64,000 nt of DNA from Aquificaceae bacterium. Its GTDB lineage: Bacteria > Aquificota > Aquificia > Aquificales > Aquificaceae. The DNA lies in the NCBI GenBank assembly GCA_041640635.1, contig JBEPZX010000005.1, forward strand, positions 1 through 64,000, in the 5' to 3' direction. Below, piece after piece: positions 34,809 through 44,222 of this stretch. Every line of letters begins with the position of its first letter. The stretch's first letter is position 1. A model generated the notes under the pieces. That model was not told where the DNA came from. It worked only from the letters and a program-made list of their open reading frames with translations, and made no database searches. Both the position numbers and the translations under genes were made by a program.

Positions 34809-36026
34809 TCAGTCAAGTATTTTGGTAACAACACCAGCCCCTACTGTCCTTCCTCCTTCCCTTATTGCAAACCTAAGCCCCTCTTCCATCGCCACCGGCT
34901 TGACTAGCTCCACCTCAAACTCCACATTATCCCCTGGCATAACCATCTCTTGCCCCTCTGGTAACTTCACTACTGTACCTGTCACATCCGCTGTCCTAAA
35001 GTAAAACTGTGGCCTGTAATTGACAAAAAATGGTGTGTGCCTTCCTCCTTCTTCCTTCGACAAAACATACACCTGTGCCCTAAATCTCTTGTGTGGTGTC
35101 ACACTGCCTGGCTTTGCCAACACTTGTCCCCTCTCTACATCGTCCTTGCCTACACCCCTTAGCAACACTCCTACGTTGTCACCTGGCAATGCCTCATCTA
35201 GTATCTTCCTAAACATCTCTATGGATGTGGCTACCGTCTTTATTGCCTCCTCTTTTATACCTACTATCTCTACTTCCTCACCTGGCTTGAGAACTCCTCT
35301 CTCTACTCTTCCTGTTACCACTGTCCCACGCCCTGATATGGTAAATACGTCCTCTACTGGCATCAAAAATGGTTTGTCTACTTCCCTCTGTGGTGTGGGT
35401 ATGTAGTTGTCCATGGCGTTTATTAGCTCCACTATGGAGTTACACCACTTGTCAGCTTTGCCTGCACTTAGTTCCTCCAGTGCCCCTAGTGCTGATCCCC
35501 TTATTATAGGTACCTCGTCCCCAGGAAATTCGTACTTGGATAGTAGTTCCCTTACTTCTAGTTCTACTAGATCCAATAGCTCCTCATCGTCTACCATATC
35601 GCATTTGTTCATAAACACTACTATGTATGGAACGTTTACTTGTCTTGCAAGCAGTACGTGCTCCCTTGTTTGTGGCATGGGTCCGTCTGCTGCTGACACT
35701 ACCAGTATGGCTCCGTCCATTTGGGCAGCACCTGTGATCATGTTCTTTATGTAGTCTGCGTGTCCTGGACAGTCTACGTGTGCGTAGTGTCTCTTGGCTG
35801 ATTCGTATTCTACGTGTGTTATGTTTATGGTAATTCCTCTTTCTTTCTCTTCTGGTGCTTTATCTATTTCTTCGTATCTCATGCATTTGGCTTTTCCGCC
35901 TGGTAGTATACCTGCTCCTAGTACGCATGTTATAGCTGATGTTAATGTGGATTTCCCGTGGTCAACGTGACCTATGGTCCCTACATTAACGTGCTCTTTC
36001 TCTCTAACAAATTTCTCCTTCGCCAT
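34809..36026 (-). CDS. tuf: Elongation factor Tu (copy downstream of tRNA cluster)
   Basis: Protein identical to the copy at 18030-19247. Confidence 0.98.
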   Translation of the reverse strand: MAKEKFVREKEHVNVGTIGHVDHGKSTLTSAITCVLGAGILPGGKAKCMRYEEIDKAPEEKERGITINITHVEYESAKRHYAHVDCPGHADYIKNMITGAAQMDGAILVVSAADGPMPQTREHVLLARQVNVPYIVVFMNKCDMVDDEELLDLVELEVRELLSKYEFPGDEVPIIRGSALGALEELSAGKADKWCNSIVELINAMDNYIPTPQREVDKPFLMPVEDVFTISGRGTVVTGRVERGVLKPGEEVEIVGIKEEAIKTVATSIEMFRKILDEALPGDNVGVLLRGVGKDDVERGQVLAKPGSVTPHKRFRAQVYVLSKEEGGRHTPFFVNYRPQFYFRTADVTGTVVKLPEGQEMVMPGDNVEFEVELVKPVAMEEGLRFAIREGGRTVGAGVVTKILD

Positions 36027-36044
36027 CTTCTGACCTCCTCTTTA

Positions 36045-36117
36045 AGCCCAGGACCGGACTTGAACCGGCGACCTCACCCTTACCAAGGGTGTGCTCTGCC
36101 GACTGAGCTACCTGGGC
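36045..36117 (-). tRNA. tRNA-Thr(GGT)
   Basis: GCCCAGG acceptor; CACCC-TTGGTAA-GGGTG anticodon arm. Confidence 0.95.
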
Positions 36118-36133
36118 ACAATTAAAATAAAAA

Positions 36134-36205
36134 AGCGGGCGATGGGACTCGAACCCACGACCTGCTGCTTGGAAGGCAGCTGCTCTACCACTGAGCTACG
36201 CCCGC
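36134..36205 (-). tRNA. tRNA-Gly(TCC)
   Basis: GCGGGCG acceptor; CTGCCTTCCAAGCAG anticodon arm. Confidence 0.95.
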
Positions 36206-36292
36206 TGGTGGAGGGGGCAGGATTCGAACCTGCGTAGGGCGGAGCCCGGGGGATTTACAGTCCCCTGCCTTTGTCCACTCGGCCACCCCTCC
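36206..36292 (-). tRNA. tRNA-Tyr(GTA), ends in ACCA
   Basis: GGAGGGG acceptor; GGGGA-CTGTAAA-TCCCC anticodon arm; long variable arm. Confidence 0.95.
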
Positions 36293-36302
36293 TAAACTCA
36301 CA

Positions 36303-36375
36303 AGCTGGCGGTGGGACTTGAACCCACGACCGCGGGATTACAAATCCCGCGCTCTGCCGACTGAGCTACGCCAGC
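36303..36375 (-). tRNA. tRNA-Thr(TGT)
   Basis: GCTGGCG acceptor; CGGGA-TTTGTAA-TCCCG anticodon arm. Confidence 0.95.
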
Positions 36376-36385
36376 TAAATATATT

Positions 36386-36414
36386 ATCATACACTATAAA
36401 CTCTTGCAAGTCAA
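36386..36414 (-). promoter_or_regulatory. sigma70 promoter for the tRNA-tuf operon
   Basis: Minus strand TTGACT (36409-36414), 17 nt spacer, TATGAT (36386-36391), 10 nt before tRNA-Thr. Confidence 0.75.
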
Positions 36415-36484
36415 TAACTTATTCCAAATTCTCAATTTGACTAAAATCACCACTTTTTGAAAGTATATCGTTTATTCTATTAAT

Positions 36485-38344
36485 ATGGAAAAGGTTAAAA
36501 TAGTGGTAGATGGTAAAGAGCTAGAAGTAGAGAAAGGAAAAACTGTTTTAAAAGCAGCTCTAGAAAACGGAATAAATATACCTTACTTTTGCTACCACCC
36601 TAGACTCAAAATTATAGGTGCCTGCCGAATGTGCATAGCTTACAATGAAAAAACGGGTAGGCTCTTTACTACTTGCAACACGCCTGTAGAAGATGGGATG
36701 ATTATCTCTACCAAACATCCTAGCGTTGTAGTCAATCAAAAATACTTACTTCAGGCTCTTATGACAAGGCATCCATTGGACTGTCCTATATGCGACAAGG
36801 CTGGTGAGTGTGACCTTCAAAATTACGGTGCCATGTTTGGTCCTCAGCAACAGATAGTTCCCATATCAGCCTTAGAGAAAGACAGGCACTATGTAGATTG
36901 GGAAAGTGATTTCTTGGAGTACTACACAAACAGATGTGTAGTTTGTTATAGATGTACACGTGCGTGTAGCGATGTAGTTGGGGCTAATGCCTTGTATGTA
37001 GAGGAAAGGGGCTTTCATGCAAATATAGCTCCTACGGTTAAACCTTTTGATACATCAAGTTGTGAAATGTGTGGGCTGTGCGTGCACGTTTGTCCGGTAG
37101 GTGCCATTATTTCCAAACCTTTCAAGTATTGGACCAGAAGCTGGTTACTACAAAAGGACAAAACAGCGTGTAATTTATGTCCAGTGGGATGTGAAATTCA
37201 AGTTGAGTATGGCATAGGAGACTGGAAATCCGAGCAAAAGGTGTATAGAACAAAGCCTACCGACGAACTAAACATATGTAGCAAAGCCTTTTTGGGTTAC
37301 GATGCGATAAACTATGAGAGATTGTTAAAACCAATAGCTTATGGAAAAGAAGTAGGTATAGGTGAAGCCGTTAATTTCCTGTCTATATCTATCAGAGACG
37401 GCTTTGAAAAAACAGCCATAATACTTTCCAACTTTTTAAGCAATGAGGTTTTAGACGCTATTTACAGAGTATCCAAAGCTTCAGGATGTTATGTAACTTC
37501 AACCCTAACGCTGGATATGGCAGAATTCCTAGAAGGTTATGGCGAATACCAAGAACCCAGCATAGAAAACGTAAAGAATGCTTCAACATATGTGCTCTTA
37601 GGAGAAGACATAACTTCAACAAGTCCTGTTCTCTCTTACTACATTAAAGGGAATGTCTACACCTTAGACAATAAGAGAGTAAGAGATAAAAAGCTAAACC
37701 CTGAGTTAATTACATGGGAGAAATTGGAAGATTTAAAGGACTATATAGCAATTGTTAACACAACAGGTCTTGAAAATGCCAAAGAGTGGGGCAAAAAATT
37801 GAGAGGCAAGAAAGTTTTACTACTTCATTATGGCTCAAACAGTTTGGGTGTTTACAAAAGATTTAAAGACCACCTTTCACACCTAGACTCCGTATTAGAT
37901 GCCATCGAAAAAGGAAAGGTGAAAAATCTCATAATTTTCGGAGAAGATATTTTGGATTACTACAACTACTTAGAAATCAAGAATACACTTAGCAAAGTTG
38001 AGAAGCTTATAGTGTTTAGCCCCTTCTTGGATGGTCTTTCTTCCATAGCACACATAAAAATACCTATGACTCTATATGGAGAAGCGGATGGAACTATAGA
38101 TTCCCTAATGAAAGACAACAGGCTCAAGAGTTTTCTACCTTGGAGATTCGATGAAAAGACTTTTTATGAGTACCTTGTTTCTGATTTACCTGCACAAGAT
38201 AAAGGAATACCTGTCATTAAAGGTTGGGCAAATGGGAAAAATTACACAAAACCAGAACTTCACATCTACAGAAGCAACTGGATATTAAAAAGAAGCAAAA
38301 ACCTTGAAGCGCTCTACGATAAACAGGTAGAAATTAAGGTATGA
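36485..38344 (+). CDS. nuoG: NADH-quinone oxidoreductase subunit G (stand-alone)
   Basis: IPYFCYHP..GACRMC (2Fe-2S), HPLDCPICDKAGECDLQ, RCVVCYRC, CEMCGLCVHVCPVGA, CNLCPVGC. Confidence 0.88.
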   Translation: MEKVKIVVDGKELEVEKGKTVLKAALENGINIPYFCYHPRLKIIGACRMCIAYNEKTGRLFTTCNTPVEDGMIISTKHPSVVVNQKYLLQALMTRHPLDCPICDKAGECDLQNYGAMFGPQQQIVPISALEKDRHYVDWESDFLEYYTNRCVVCYRCTRACSDVVGANALYVEERGFHANIAPTVKPFDTSSCEMCGLCVHVCPVGAIISKPFKYWTRSWLLQKDKTACNLCPVGCEIQVEYGIGDWKSEQKVYRTKPTDELNICSKAFLGYDAINYERLLKPIAYGKEVGIGEAVNFLSISIRDGFEKTAIILSNFLSNEVLDAIYRVSKASGCYVTSTLTLDMAEFLEGYGEYQEPSIENVKNASTYVLLGEDITSTSPVLSYYIKGNVYTLDNKRVRDKKLNPELITWEKLEDLKDYIAIVNTTGLENAKEWGKKLRGKKVLLLHYGSNSLGVYKRFKDHLSHLDSVLDAIEKGKVKNLIIFGEDILDYYNYLEIKNTLSKVEKLIVFSPFLDGLSSIAHIKIPMTLYGEADGTIDSLMKDNRLKSFLPWRFDEKTFYEYLVSDLPAQDKGIPVIKGWANGKNYTKPELHIYRSNWILKRSKNLEALYDKQVEIKV

Positions 38345-38631
38345 AGGATAGATTAAATGAAGTAAGAGAAAAGTTGGAAAGTATGGGATACACAAACGTA
38401 TACCAATGGTGTGATCCGCCCGGCACTTTTTACGATTGGCACACACATAGCGAAGATGAGATAAGATGGGTGTACAAAGGTTCTATCGTGATAGGAACGC
38501 AAGAAGGAGTTTTTTATCTAAAAGAGGGAGATATGTTGGAGATACCGGCAGGAACGAGACATTGGGCAAGAACGGAAGAAGGTGTTTGTTATTTGTGTGC
38601 AACAAAGAGAAAAAACTCTGCAAAAAAATAA
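38341..38631 (+). CDS. Cupin domain protein
   Basis: PGTFYDWHTHSEDE and GDMLEIPAGTRH cupin motifs. Confidence 0.88.
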   Translation: MKDRLNEVREKLESMGYTNVYQWCDPPGTFYDWHTHSEDEIRWVYKGSIVIGTQEGVFYLKEGDMLEIPAGTRHWARTEEGVCYLCATKRKNSAKK

Positions 38632-38823
38632 AGAGATGAAAAGTATAATAAACCGATCTTAGCTTGCAATGCACAGAGTTGAGTAAGCTTTAAAACCGTA
38701 GTAAGTTAACTTTGTGATTTACAATACCAAAAAACTTTCAACGTGATTTTTTTATTGAAGGTTTGTCAATATTTTTCAAAACTTGGTAAAGCTTTTCAAT
38801 GCACTAAATACAAGTTGGTACGC

Positions 38824-39471
38824 TTAAATAGCTTTTGCAATGAAGAAAGCGTGAACTTGCGAAGCACCAGCCATTAGCAAGAGTTTAGCAAGATAAGATA
38901 CGGTAGTACCTGAGGTTATAAGGTCATCAAAGATGAGTATAACCTTGTTTTCTATAAGATCTAAACTTTCTTTTCTTAGATCAAATTCTCTAACCGCTTT
39001 TTCTCTTTCTTCCTTGCTCAAAAGAGCCATGGGTTTGGAGAAACCTCTTCTAATAAAAAGTTTAATAGGTGTTACACCAGCATGTTTTAGTATAAGTTCT
39101 GCATGGTTGAACCCTCTTTGCCAAATGCGTCTGTAGTTCAGAGGCGGAAAGGTTACGTAATCGGGCTTTACTTGGTGGATGTAATCCCACAGGTAAGGTT
39201 TTATAATCTCTCCTAGTATTCTCGCCAAAGGCTTATTTAGATGGAACTTTATAGACTTTATAGTATGCATTAATACACCTTCGTATATTCCAAAAATTCT
39301 GTAAGAGAATAAATACTCTATGTGCTCGTATTCTATTGGGTGATAGGGTTTTATGTTATTAATACACTCCTCACATATATAGCCTTGATCGATAAAATAG
39401 TTTTCCTTTTTACAAACGGCACATTCAGTATCAATTAATCCAAGCTTTTTTATTATATGTATTAAGTTCAC
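38824..39471 (-). CDS. ComF family protein (Zn finger + phosphoribosyltransferase)
   Basis: CAVC..ICEEC, RGFNHAE, ILIFDDLITSGTT. Confidence 0.9.
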   Translation of the reverse strand: MNLIHIIKKLGLIDTECAVCKKENYFIDQGYICEECINNIKPYHPIEYEHIEYLFSYRIFGIYEGVLMHTIKSIKFHLNKPLARILGEIIKPYLWDYIHQVKPDYVTFPPLNYRRIWQRGFNHAELILKHAGVTPIKLFIRRGFSKPMALLSKEEREKAVREFDLRKESLDLIENKVILIFDDLITSGTTVSYLAKLLLMAGASQVHAFFIAKAI

Positions 39472-40142
39472 ATTAATCCCATTGATCTAAGAGAAACGTA
39501 TCCCCATTCATTGATTATAAGATGGTCTATCAAATCAAAACCTAGTAAATTGCAAGCATCTTGTAATCTCTTGGTGAATTGTATATCTTCCTTTGATGGT
39601 TTTAGCTCACCTTTTGGGTGATTGTGTATCAGGATTATACCTTGGCATGCAAGCCTAACAGCCTTATACAGAATATCCTTTGGGTCTGCATGTAAACTGT
39701 TCATTCTTCCAATAGCTATTACTTCGTAGCTCAGTAACCTATTGGAAGGGCTAAGATACATAGCTATCAAATGCTCTCTTCTGTTGTCTACCTCTTTTCT
39801 TACAACTTTATAAACATCCTCTGGCGAAGATATTTTTACCTCACCAAGCGGGTTATTTATTCTTTTAGAAAGCTCTATAACCGCCTTTATTTGACAAGCC
39901 TTTGCTAAACCTATTCCTTTTATAAGTTCCTGAATCTCTTCAACTGACATTTTGGATATTTTTTCCCAACCAATACTTAGAACTTCTTTGGAAAGACTAA
40001 TAACATCCATATCCTTACTTCCTGAACCTAGTATTAAGGCAAGAAGTTCTTCTTCCACCAAGATTTCTGGACCGAATCTCAAAAGTTTTTCCCTTGGTCT
40101 TAAGTCTTGAGGTATTTCTTTAATGGTTTTCTCCTTGTACAC
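39468..40142 (-). CDS. radC: RadC/JAB-MPN domain protein
   Basis: RPREKL, ELLALILGSG, HNHPKG..PSKED, LIDHLII. Confidence 0.92.
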   Translation of the reverse strand: MYKEKTIKEIPQDLRPREKLLRFGPEILVEEELLALILGSGSKDMDVISLSKEVLSIGWEKISKMSVEEIQELIKGIGLAKACQIKAVIELSKRINNPLGEVKISSPEDVYKVVRKEVDNRREHLIAMYLSPSNRLLSYEVIAIGRMNSLHADPKDILYKAVRLACQGIILIHNHPKGELKPSKEDIQFTKRLQDACNLLGFDLIDHLIINEWGYVSLRSMGLM

Positions 40143-41349
40143 GTTCCAACATCACCTTTATTATTTTTTTGCTATCTGATTGTAATATTTTAAACCTTAA
40201 ATCTCCATATTCAAATACCTCACCTTTTGTAGGAATTTTTTCTGAAATATGTAGTAAAAGTCCACCTATGGTGTTATATGGTCCATCAGGAAGTTTAATT
40301 TTTAAATAATTCTCCAGTTCATCCTTGGTTACTTCTGCAGATATCACCCATTTATCCTTTTCCACCTCTTTTATTTCCTCAGGTTCTTTAGTTTGCTCAT
40401 CTCCAATGTAACCTATTACTTCTTTAAAAATATCATCTATCGTAAATATACCTAGCACTATACCTTTTTCATCTACGACTATTCCCATTTTCTCGTAAGA
40501 TGTGGAAAAGCTTTTGAGAGCTGTATACAGGGTAGCAAATTCCGGAAGCACAATAACAGGTTTTACATAGTTCTTAACCTTGTCCAAATCTGGTTTATCA
40601 ATTAAGTCAAAAAGCTCCACATAACCTACAATGTTATCTACACGTGACCTATAAACGGGTAACTTGGTATACTTGCTTTCCTTCATCCATTTTAAAACGT
40701 TGTAAACTACAGTATCTTCGCTAACCATAACTACTTGATACAAAGGTTTGAAAACTTCAGAAAGCCTTTTGTCTTTTAAAGAAAGCGTATTGTATACTAT
40801 GTCAAACTCTGAATTTCCTACGTAGCTAATGAGTTGCAATAAGTCTTTCCTGTTTAACTTTTCTACAAATCTATCTTTTAGCTTATCTGTTATAGTTCTA
40901 CTTACCAATCTAGATAATTTAAGAATCGGTGCTGTTATTGTCTTTAGCTTTTCAAGCAACCACAAACTGGGTATTATTAGTTTTTCCGCATGCTTCTGAA
41001 AAAGACTTTTAGGGATTATCTCTCCTAATACCAAAGTAAACAAAACAATAGTTGTAGAAAACAGGACTTCTAATCCAGATAAAAACCTAACATAAGGAAC
41101 TAAACTCATTATTGTCAGAGTGTAAAAGGTAGAGGTAAAAACGATACTTACTGTATAGCCTAACATGGTCAAGGTTATATAATCCTCAGGATTGTCGTAA
41201 AAATCTTTAAGAAACTTATAGTTGAACCTCTTATAGTAAGACAGTATCTTGTTTCTATCCGTACTAACGAGTGCTATTTCTGAACCTGCAAAAAAACCTT
41301 CAAGAATTATAAAGAAAACAATACCTACTAAATAGCCTACAATTTCCAT
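40120..41349 (-). CDS. CNNM/hemolysin-family membrane protein (DUF21 + CBS pair + CorC_HlyC)
   Basis: GFFAGSEIALVS, GEIIPKS, VVDEKG..GIFTIDDI, YNTIGGLL. Confidence 0.9.
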   Translation of the reverse strand: MEIVGYLVGIVFFIILEGFFAGSEIALVSTDRNKILSYYKRFNYKFLKDFYDNPEDYITLTMLGYTVSIVFTSTFYTLTIMSLVPYVRFLSGLEVLFSTTIVLFTLVLGEIIPKSLFQKHAEKLIIPSLWLLEKLKTITAPILKLSRLVSRTITDKLKDRFVEKLNRKDLLQLISYVGNSEFDIVYNTLSLKDKRLSEVFKPLYQVVMVSEDTVVYNVLKWMKESKYTKLPVYRSRVDNIVGYVELFDLIDKPDLDKVKNYVKPVIVLPEFATLYTALKSFSTSYEKMGIVVDEKGIVLGIFTIDDIFKEVIGYIGDEQTKEPEEIKEVEKDKWVISAEVTKDELENYLKIKLPDGPYNTIGGLLLHISEKIPTKGEVFEYGDLRFKILQSDSKKIIKVMLERVQGENH

Positions 41350-42146
41350 CCCAAAATTACCCTATCTTTTCCACTGTAATCCTTATAAACTTTAGTTTCA
41401 AATCCAACAGATGCAAAAATTTCTTGAACCACTTTACCTTGATCATGTCCTATTTCAAAAGCAAAAAAACCTTCTTTCTTAAGGTATATACTAATTTCCT
41501 TTGCTATTTTTTCGTAAAACTCGTAGCCTTTTTCTCCACCTATAAGAGATTGGTAACCTTCCAGTTTTACACCATCTTCCAGCTTATCCCAATAATCCTG
41601 AGGTATGTAAGGAGGATTAGAAATAATAAAATCGAAAAGCATACCCTCAACAGGCTCAAAAAGGCTTCCAAAATGGAGTATAAACCTTTCCTCCACCTTG
41701 TAGACCGTGGCGTTGATTTTGGAAAGCTCTATGGCTTTTGGATTTATGTCGCATGCATGCATTACTAAATTTGGTCTCTCTAAAAGCAAGGTTATACTGA
41801 TGCATCCACTACCTACTCCTATCTCGTAACCTACTCTCTCTCTGTTGTCTATTTTTTCCAACACTCTTTCTACTAGCACTTCCGTTTCTGGTCTTGGTAT
41901 CAAAACACCTTCTTGAACTCTAAAGGTACGTCCAAAAAAATCCCATTCTCCAATGGCGTATTGAAGAGGGTAACCTTGCTCTATCTTTGAGGAAAGCTCT
42001 AAGAATTTCTCCACTACTTGATGCGATACTTGCATATCTTGCTTTAGATATACTTCTCCAACTTTAAGGTTTATTAGGTGTGCTATTAGGAGGGTTTTGT
42101 CCCTTTGGCTTAGTTTGCTCAATCGGAGTAGCTCTCTTATCTTCAT
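41337..42146 (-). CDS. prmC: Release factor glutamine N5-methyltransferase
   Basis: GYPLQY, VLIPRPETE, EIGVGSGCI, SNPPYI, EIGHDQ. Confidence 0.95.
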   Translation of the reverse strand: MKIRELLRLSKLSQRDKTLLIAHLINLKVGEVYLKQDMQVSHQVVEKFLELSSKIEQGYPLQYAIGEWDFFGRTFRVQEGVLIPRPETEVLVERVLEKIDNRERVGYEIGVGSGCISITLLLERPNLVMHACDINPKAIELSKINATVYKVEERFILHFGSLFEPVEGMLFDFIISNPPYIPQDYWDKLEDGVKLEGYQSLIGGEKGYEFYEKIAKEISIYLKKEGFFAFEIGHDQGKVVQEIFASVGFETKVYKDYSGKDRVILGWKL

Positions 42147-42390
42147 CTTTTATTAAGCTCCCCCTTTTGGATGGGTGCAAGAGTGCCATAGCCAGCGCTA
42201 TAAACATAAGTGATATACCGAGCCAATAAGTTATTTTTGTAAGTATGGTATCTATACCTTCTGGACCAAACATTCCTTGACCCATACCACCAAAAGCTGA
42301 TCCTACGTCTCCTTTACTTCTCTGCAAAAGTACGGATATTATGATAAGAATAGCTATTATTATGAAAACTACCAAAAGAAAATAGTACAT
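42064..42390 (-). CDS. secG: Preprotein translocase subunit SecG
   Basis: TM-VLLQRSKGDVGSAFGG..LTKIT-TM pattern. Confidence 0.9.
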   Translation of the reverse strand: MYYFLLVVFIIIAILIIISVLLQRSKGDVGSAFGGMGQGMFGPEGIDTILTKITYWLGISLMFIALAMALLHPSKRGSLIKDEDKRATPIEQTKPKGQNPPNSTPNKP

Positions 42391-42399
42391 AAAATTAAA

Positions 42400-43290
42400 T
42401 TATAATCTAATTTCGGTACCTATACCTTCATCGGTAAAAATTTCCAAGAGTAAAGCGTGTGGCACTCTTCCATCTATTATATGAACCTTGTTTACACCTT
42501 CTTCCAATGCTTCCAAAGAGGAGTTTACCTTTGGTATCATGCCACCTTTTATTACGTCCTCCTTTACAAGCCTTAGTATCTCTTCTTTTGTCAGTGTAGG
42601 GATGAGTTTCCCTTCTCTGTCCTTGACACCTTCTGTATCCGTCATAAAGATTAGCTTTTGAGCCTTTAGCTTTGCAGCTATCTTGCTCGCTGCTATATCT
42701 GCATTTATGTTGTAAGCCTCTCCATCTGTTCCTACTCCCACCGGTGCTATTACTGGTATGTATCCCTTCTCCATTAATGTATTTAAAAGATCAACATTGA
42801 TATCTATTACCTCTCCCACGTACCCAATGTCTTCTGGTGGCACTTCCAGCCCAAGTTTAGTAAAGTAGCGCTCCTTATCTATCTTTTTAGCCTTTATTAG
42901 CCATCCGTCCCTTCCAGAAAGTCCAACGGCGTAGATATTCTTTCCACTGTGCATGTTTATGAGCGCTACGATATCTTTGTTTATGTCACCAGAGAGAACC
43001 ATCTCCACTACGTGCATCGTTTCTTTGTCTGTCTTTCTTATACCTCCAACAAAGTGAGTCCTTAAACCAAAGGTTTCTAATGTCTTGCTTATTTGGGGAC
43101 CTCCTCCATGAACCACCACTATGCGTATGCCTACATACCTTAAAAGCACCACATCCTTGGCAAAACTTTCTCTTAGACCTTCTTCTATCATTGCCGATCC
43201 ACCAAACTTTATAACAAAGGTCTTCCCGTAGAACTCTCTTATGTAAGGGAGTGCAGACTGAAGTACCTTTGCTTTGTCCACGTGGTTCAT
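42400..43290 (-). CDS. argB: Acetylglutamate kinase
   Basis: VIKFGGSAM, VHGGGPQI, YNINAD, GGMIPKV, ELFT-like EIFTDEGIGT. Confidence 0.96.
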   Translation of the reverse strand: MNHVDKAKVLQSALPYIREFYGKTFVIKFGGSAMIEEGLRESFAKDVVLLRYVGIRIVVVHGGGPQISKTLETFGLRTHFVGGIRKTDKETMHVVEMVLSGDINKDIVALINMHSGKNIYAVGLSGRDGWLIKAKKIDKERYFTKLGLEVPPEDIGYVGEVIDINVDLLNTLMEKGYIPVIAPVGVGTDGEAYNINADIAASKIAAKLKAQKLIFMTDTEGVKDREGKLIPTLTKEEILRLVKEDVIKGGMIPKVNSSLEALEEGVNKVHIIDGRVPHALLLEIFTDEGIGTEIRL

Positions 43291-44222
43291 CTTAGCGCCC
43301 CCAAGACTTTTTCTATGTCGCTCACCTTTTCTACATTGAAAATCCTCACCTGTGGAACTATCTGCTGAACAAGCTTAGAGAGCACATTTTTTGGACCTAT
43401 CTCTACAAAGGTGTCTACTTCTAACTTCTCCACCATGTAGATAACGCTCTGATACCACCTGACAGGTGAAAAAATCTGCTTGTACAGGTTTTCTCTAATT
43501 TCAGGCGCGCTTGTGTGTTCCTTTGCGGTAAAGTTTTGTACCAATGGTATGTTTATATTTTTTATGGGTGTTTGTGCCAGCTTTAGTCTAAAGGCGTTAG
43601 CCGCATCCTTCATTAAACTACAGTGAGAGGGGACGGATACCTTGAGAGGTATTACCTTTCCTCCCATTTCCTTGCATATCTGGCTAGCTTTTTCTACAGC
43701 TCCCTTTTCTCCCGATATAACTATCTGTTCATAAGAGTTATAGTTAGCCGGCTCTACAATTCCAACAGAACTCGCTTCCTGGCAAGCTTGCTCCACTTTT
43801 TCTGGCGGTAGCTTGAGAACCGCTGCCATTGCTCCTTTGCCTTCTGGCACTGCTTCTTGCATATACTTACCTCTCAAGTATGCAAGCCTTACAGCTTCGA
43901 AAAACTCCACACCTTTTGCTACAGCCAAAGCTGTATACTCTCCTAAAGAATGTCCTGCGACCACATGGGGCTCCGGAAGACCTAAACTTATCAGAGTGTT
44001 GTAAATGGCGTAAGAGACCGTAAGTATAGCTGGCTGCGTATTTATGGTTTTGTTCAATTCTTCTTCTGGACCTTTTAGGATAATGTCTGGCAAATTATAC
44101 CTTAATGCCATTTCTGCTTGGTGAAATATATCGCTAGCTTCATAAAACTCTTTGTAAAAATCGTATCCCATACCTACATACTGAGAACCTTGCCCAGGGA
44201 AAATGTAAGCTATCTTAGCCAT
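43287..44222 (-). CDS. fabD: Malonyl-CoA:ACP transacylase
   Basis: FPGQGSQ, TQPAIL, GHSLGEY, VSVPSHC; GGAGG before ATG 44222. Confidence 0.96.
   Translation of the reverse strand: MAKIAYIFPGQGSQYVGMGYDFYKEFYEASDIFHQAEMALRYNLPDIILKGPEEELNKTINTQPAILTVSYAIYNTLISLGLPEPHVVAGHSLGEYTALAVAKGVEFFEAVRLAYLRGKYMQEAVPEGKGAMAAVLKLPPEKVEQACQEASSVGIVEPANYNSYEQIVISGEKGAVEKASQICKEMGGKVIPLKVSVPSHCSLMKDAANAFRLKLAQTPIKNINIPLVQNFTAKEHTSAPEIRENLYKQIFSPVRWYQSVIYMVEKLEVDTFVEIGPKNVLSKLVQQIVPQVRIFNVEKVSDIEKVLGALR

Noticed and set aside
38483..38674. 63-aa minus-strand ORF
   Set aside because: Mostly antisense to the cupin gene, GTG start, no RBS or recognisable motif.
38824..40142. radC as a marker of a mobile or defence island
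   Set aside because: It is the full-length chromosomal RadC form, embedded in a housekeeping operon with comF, prmC and secG.
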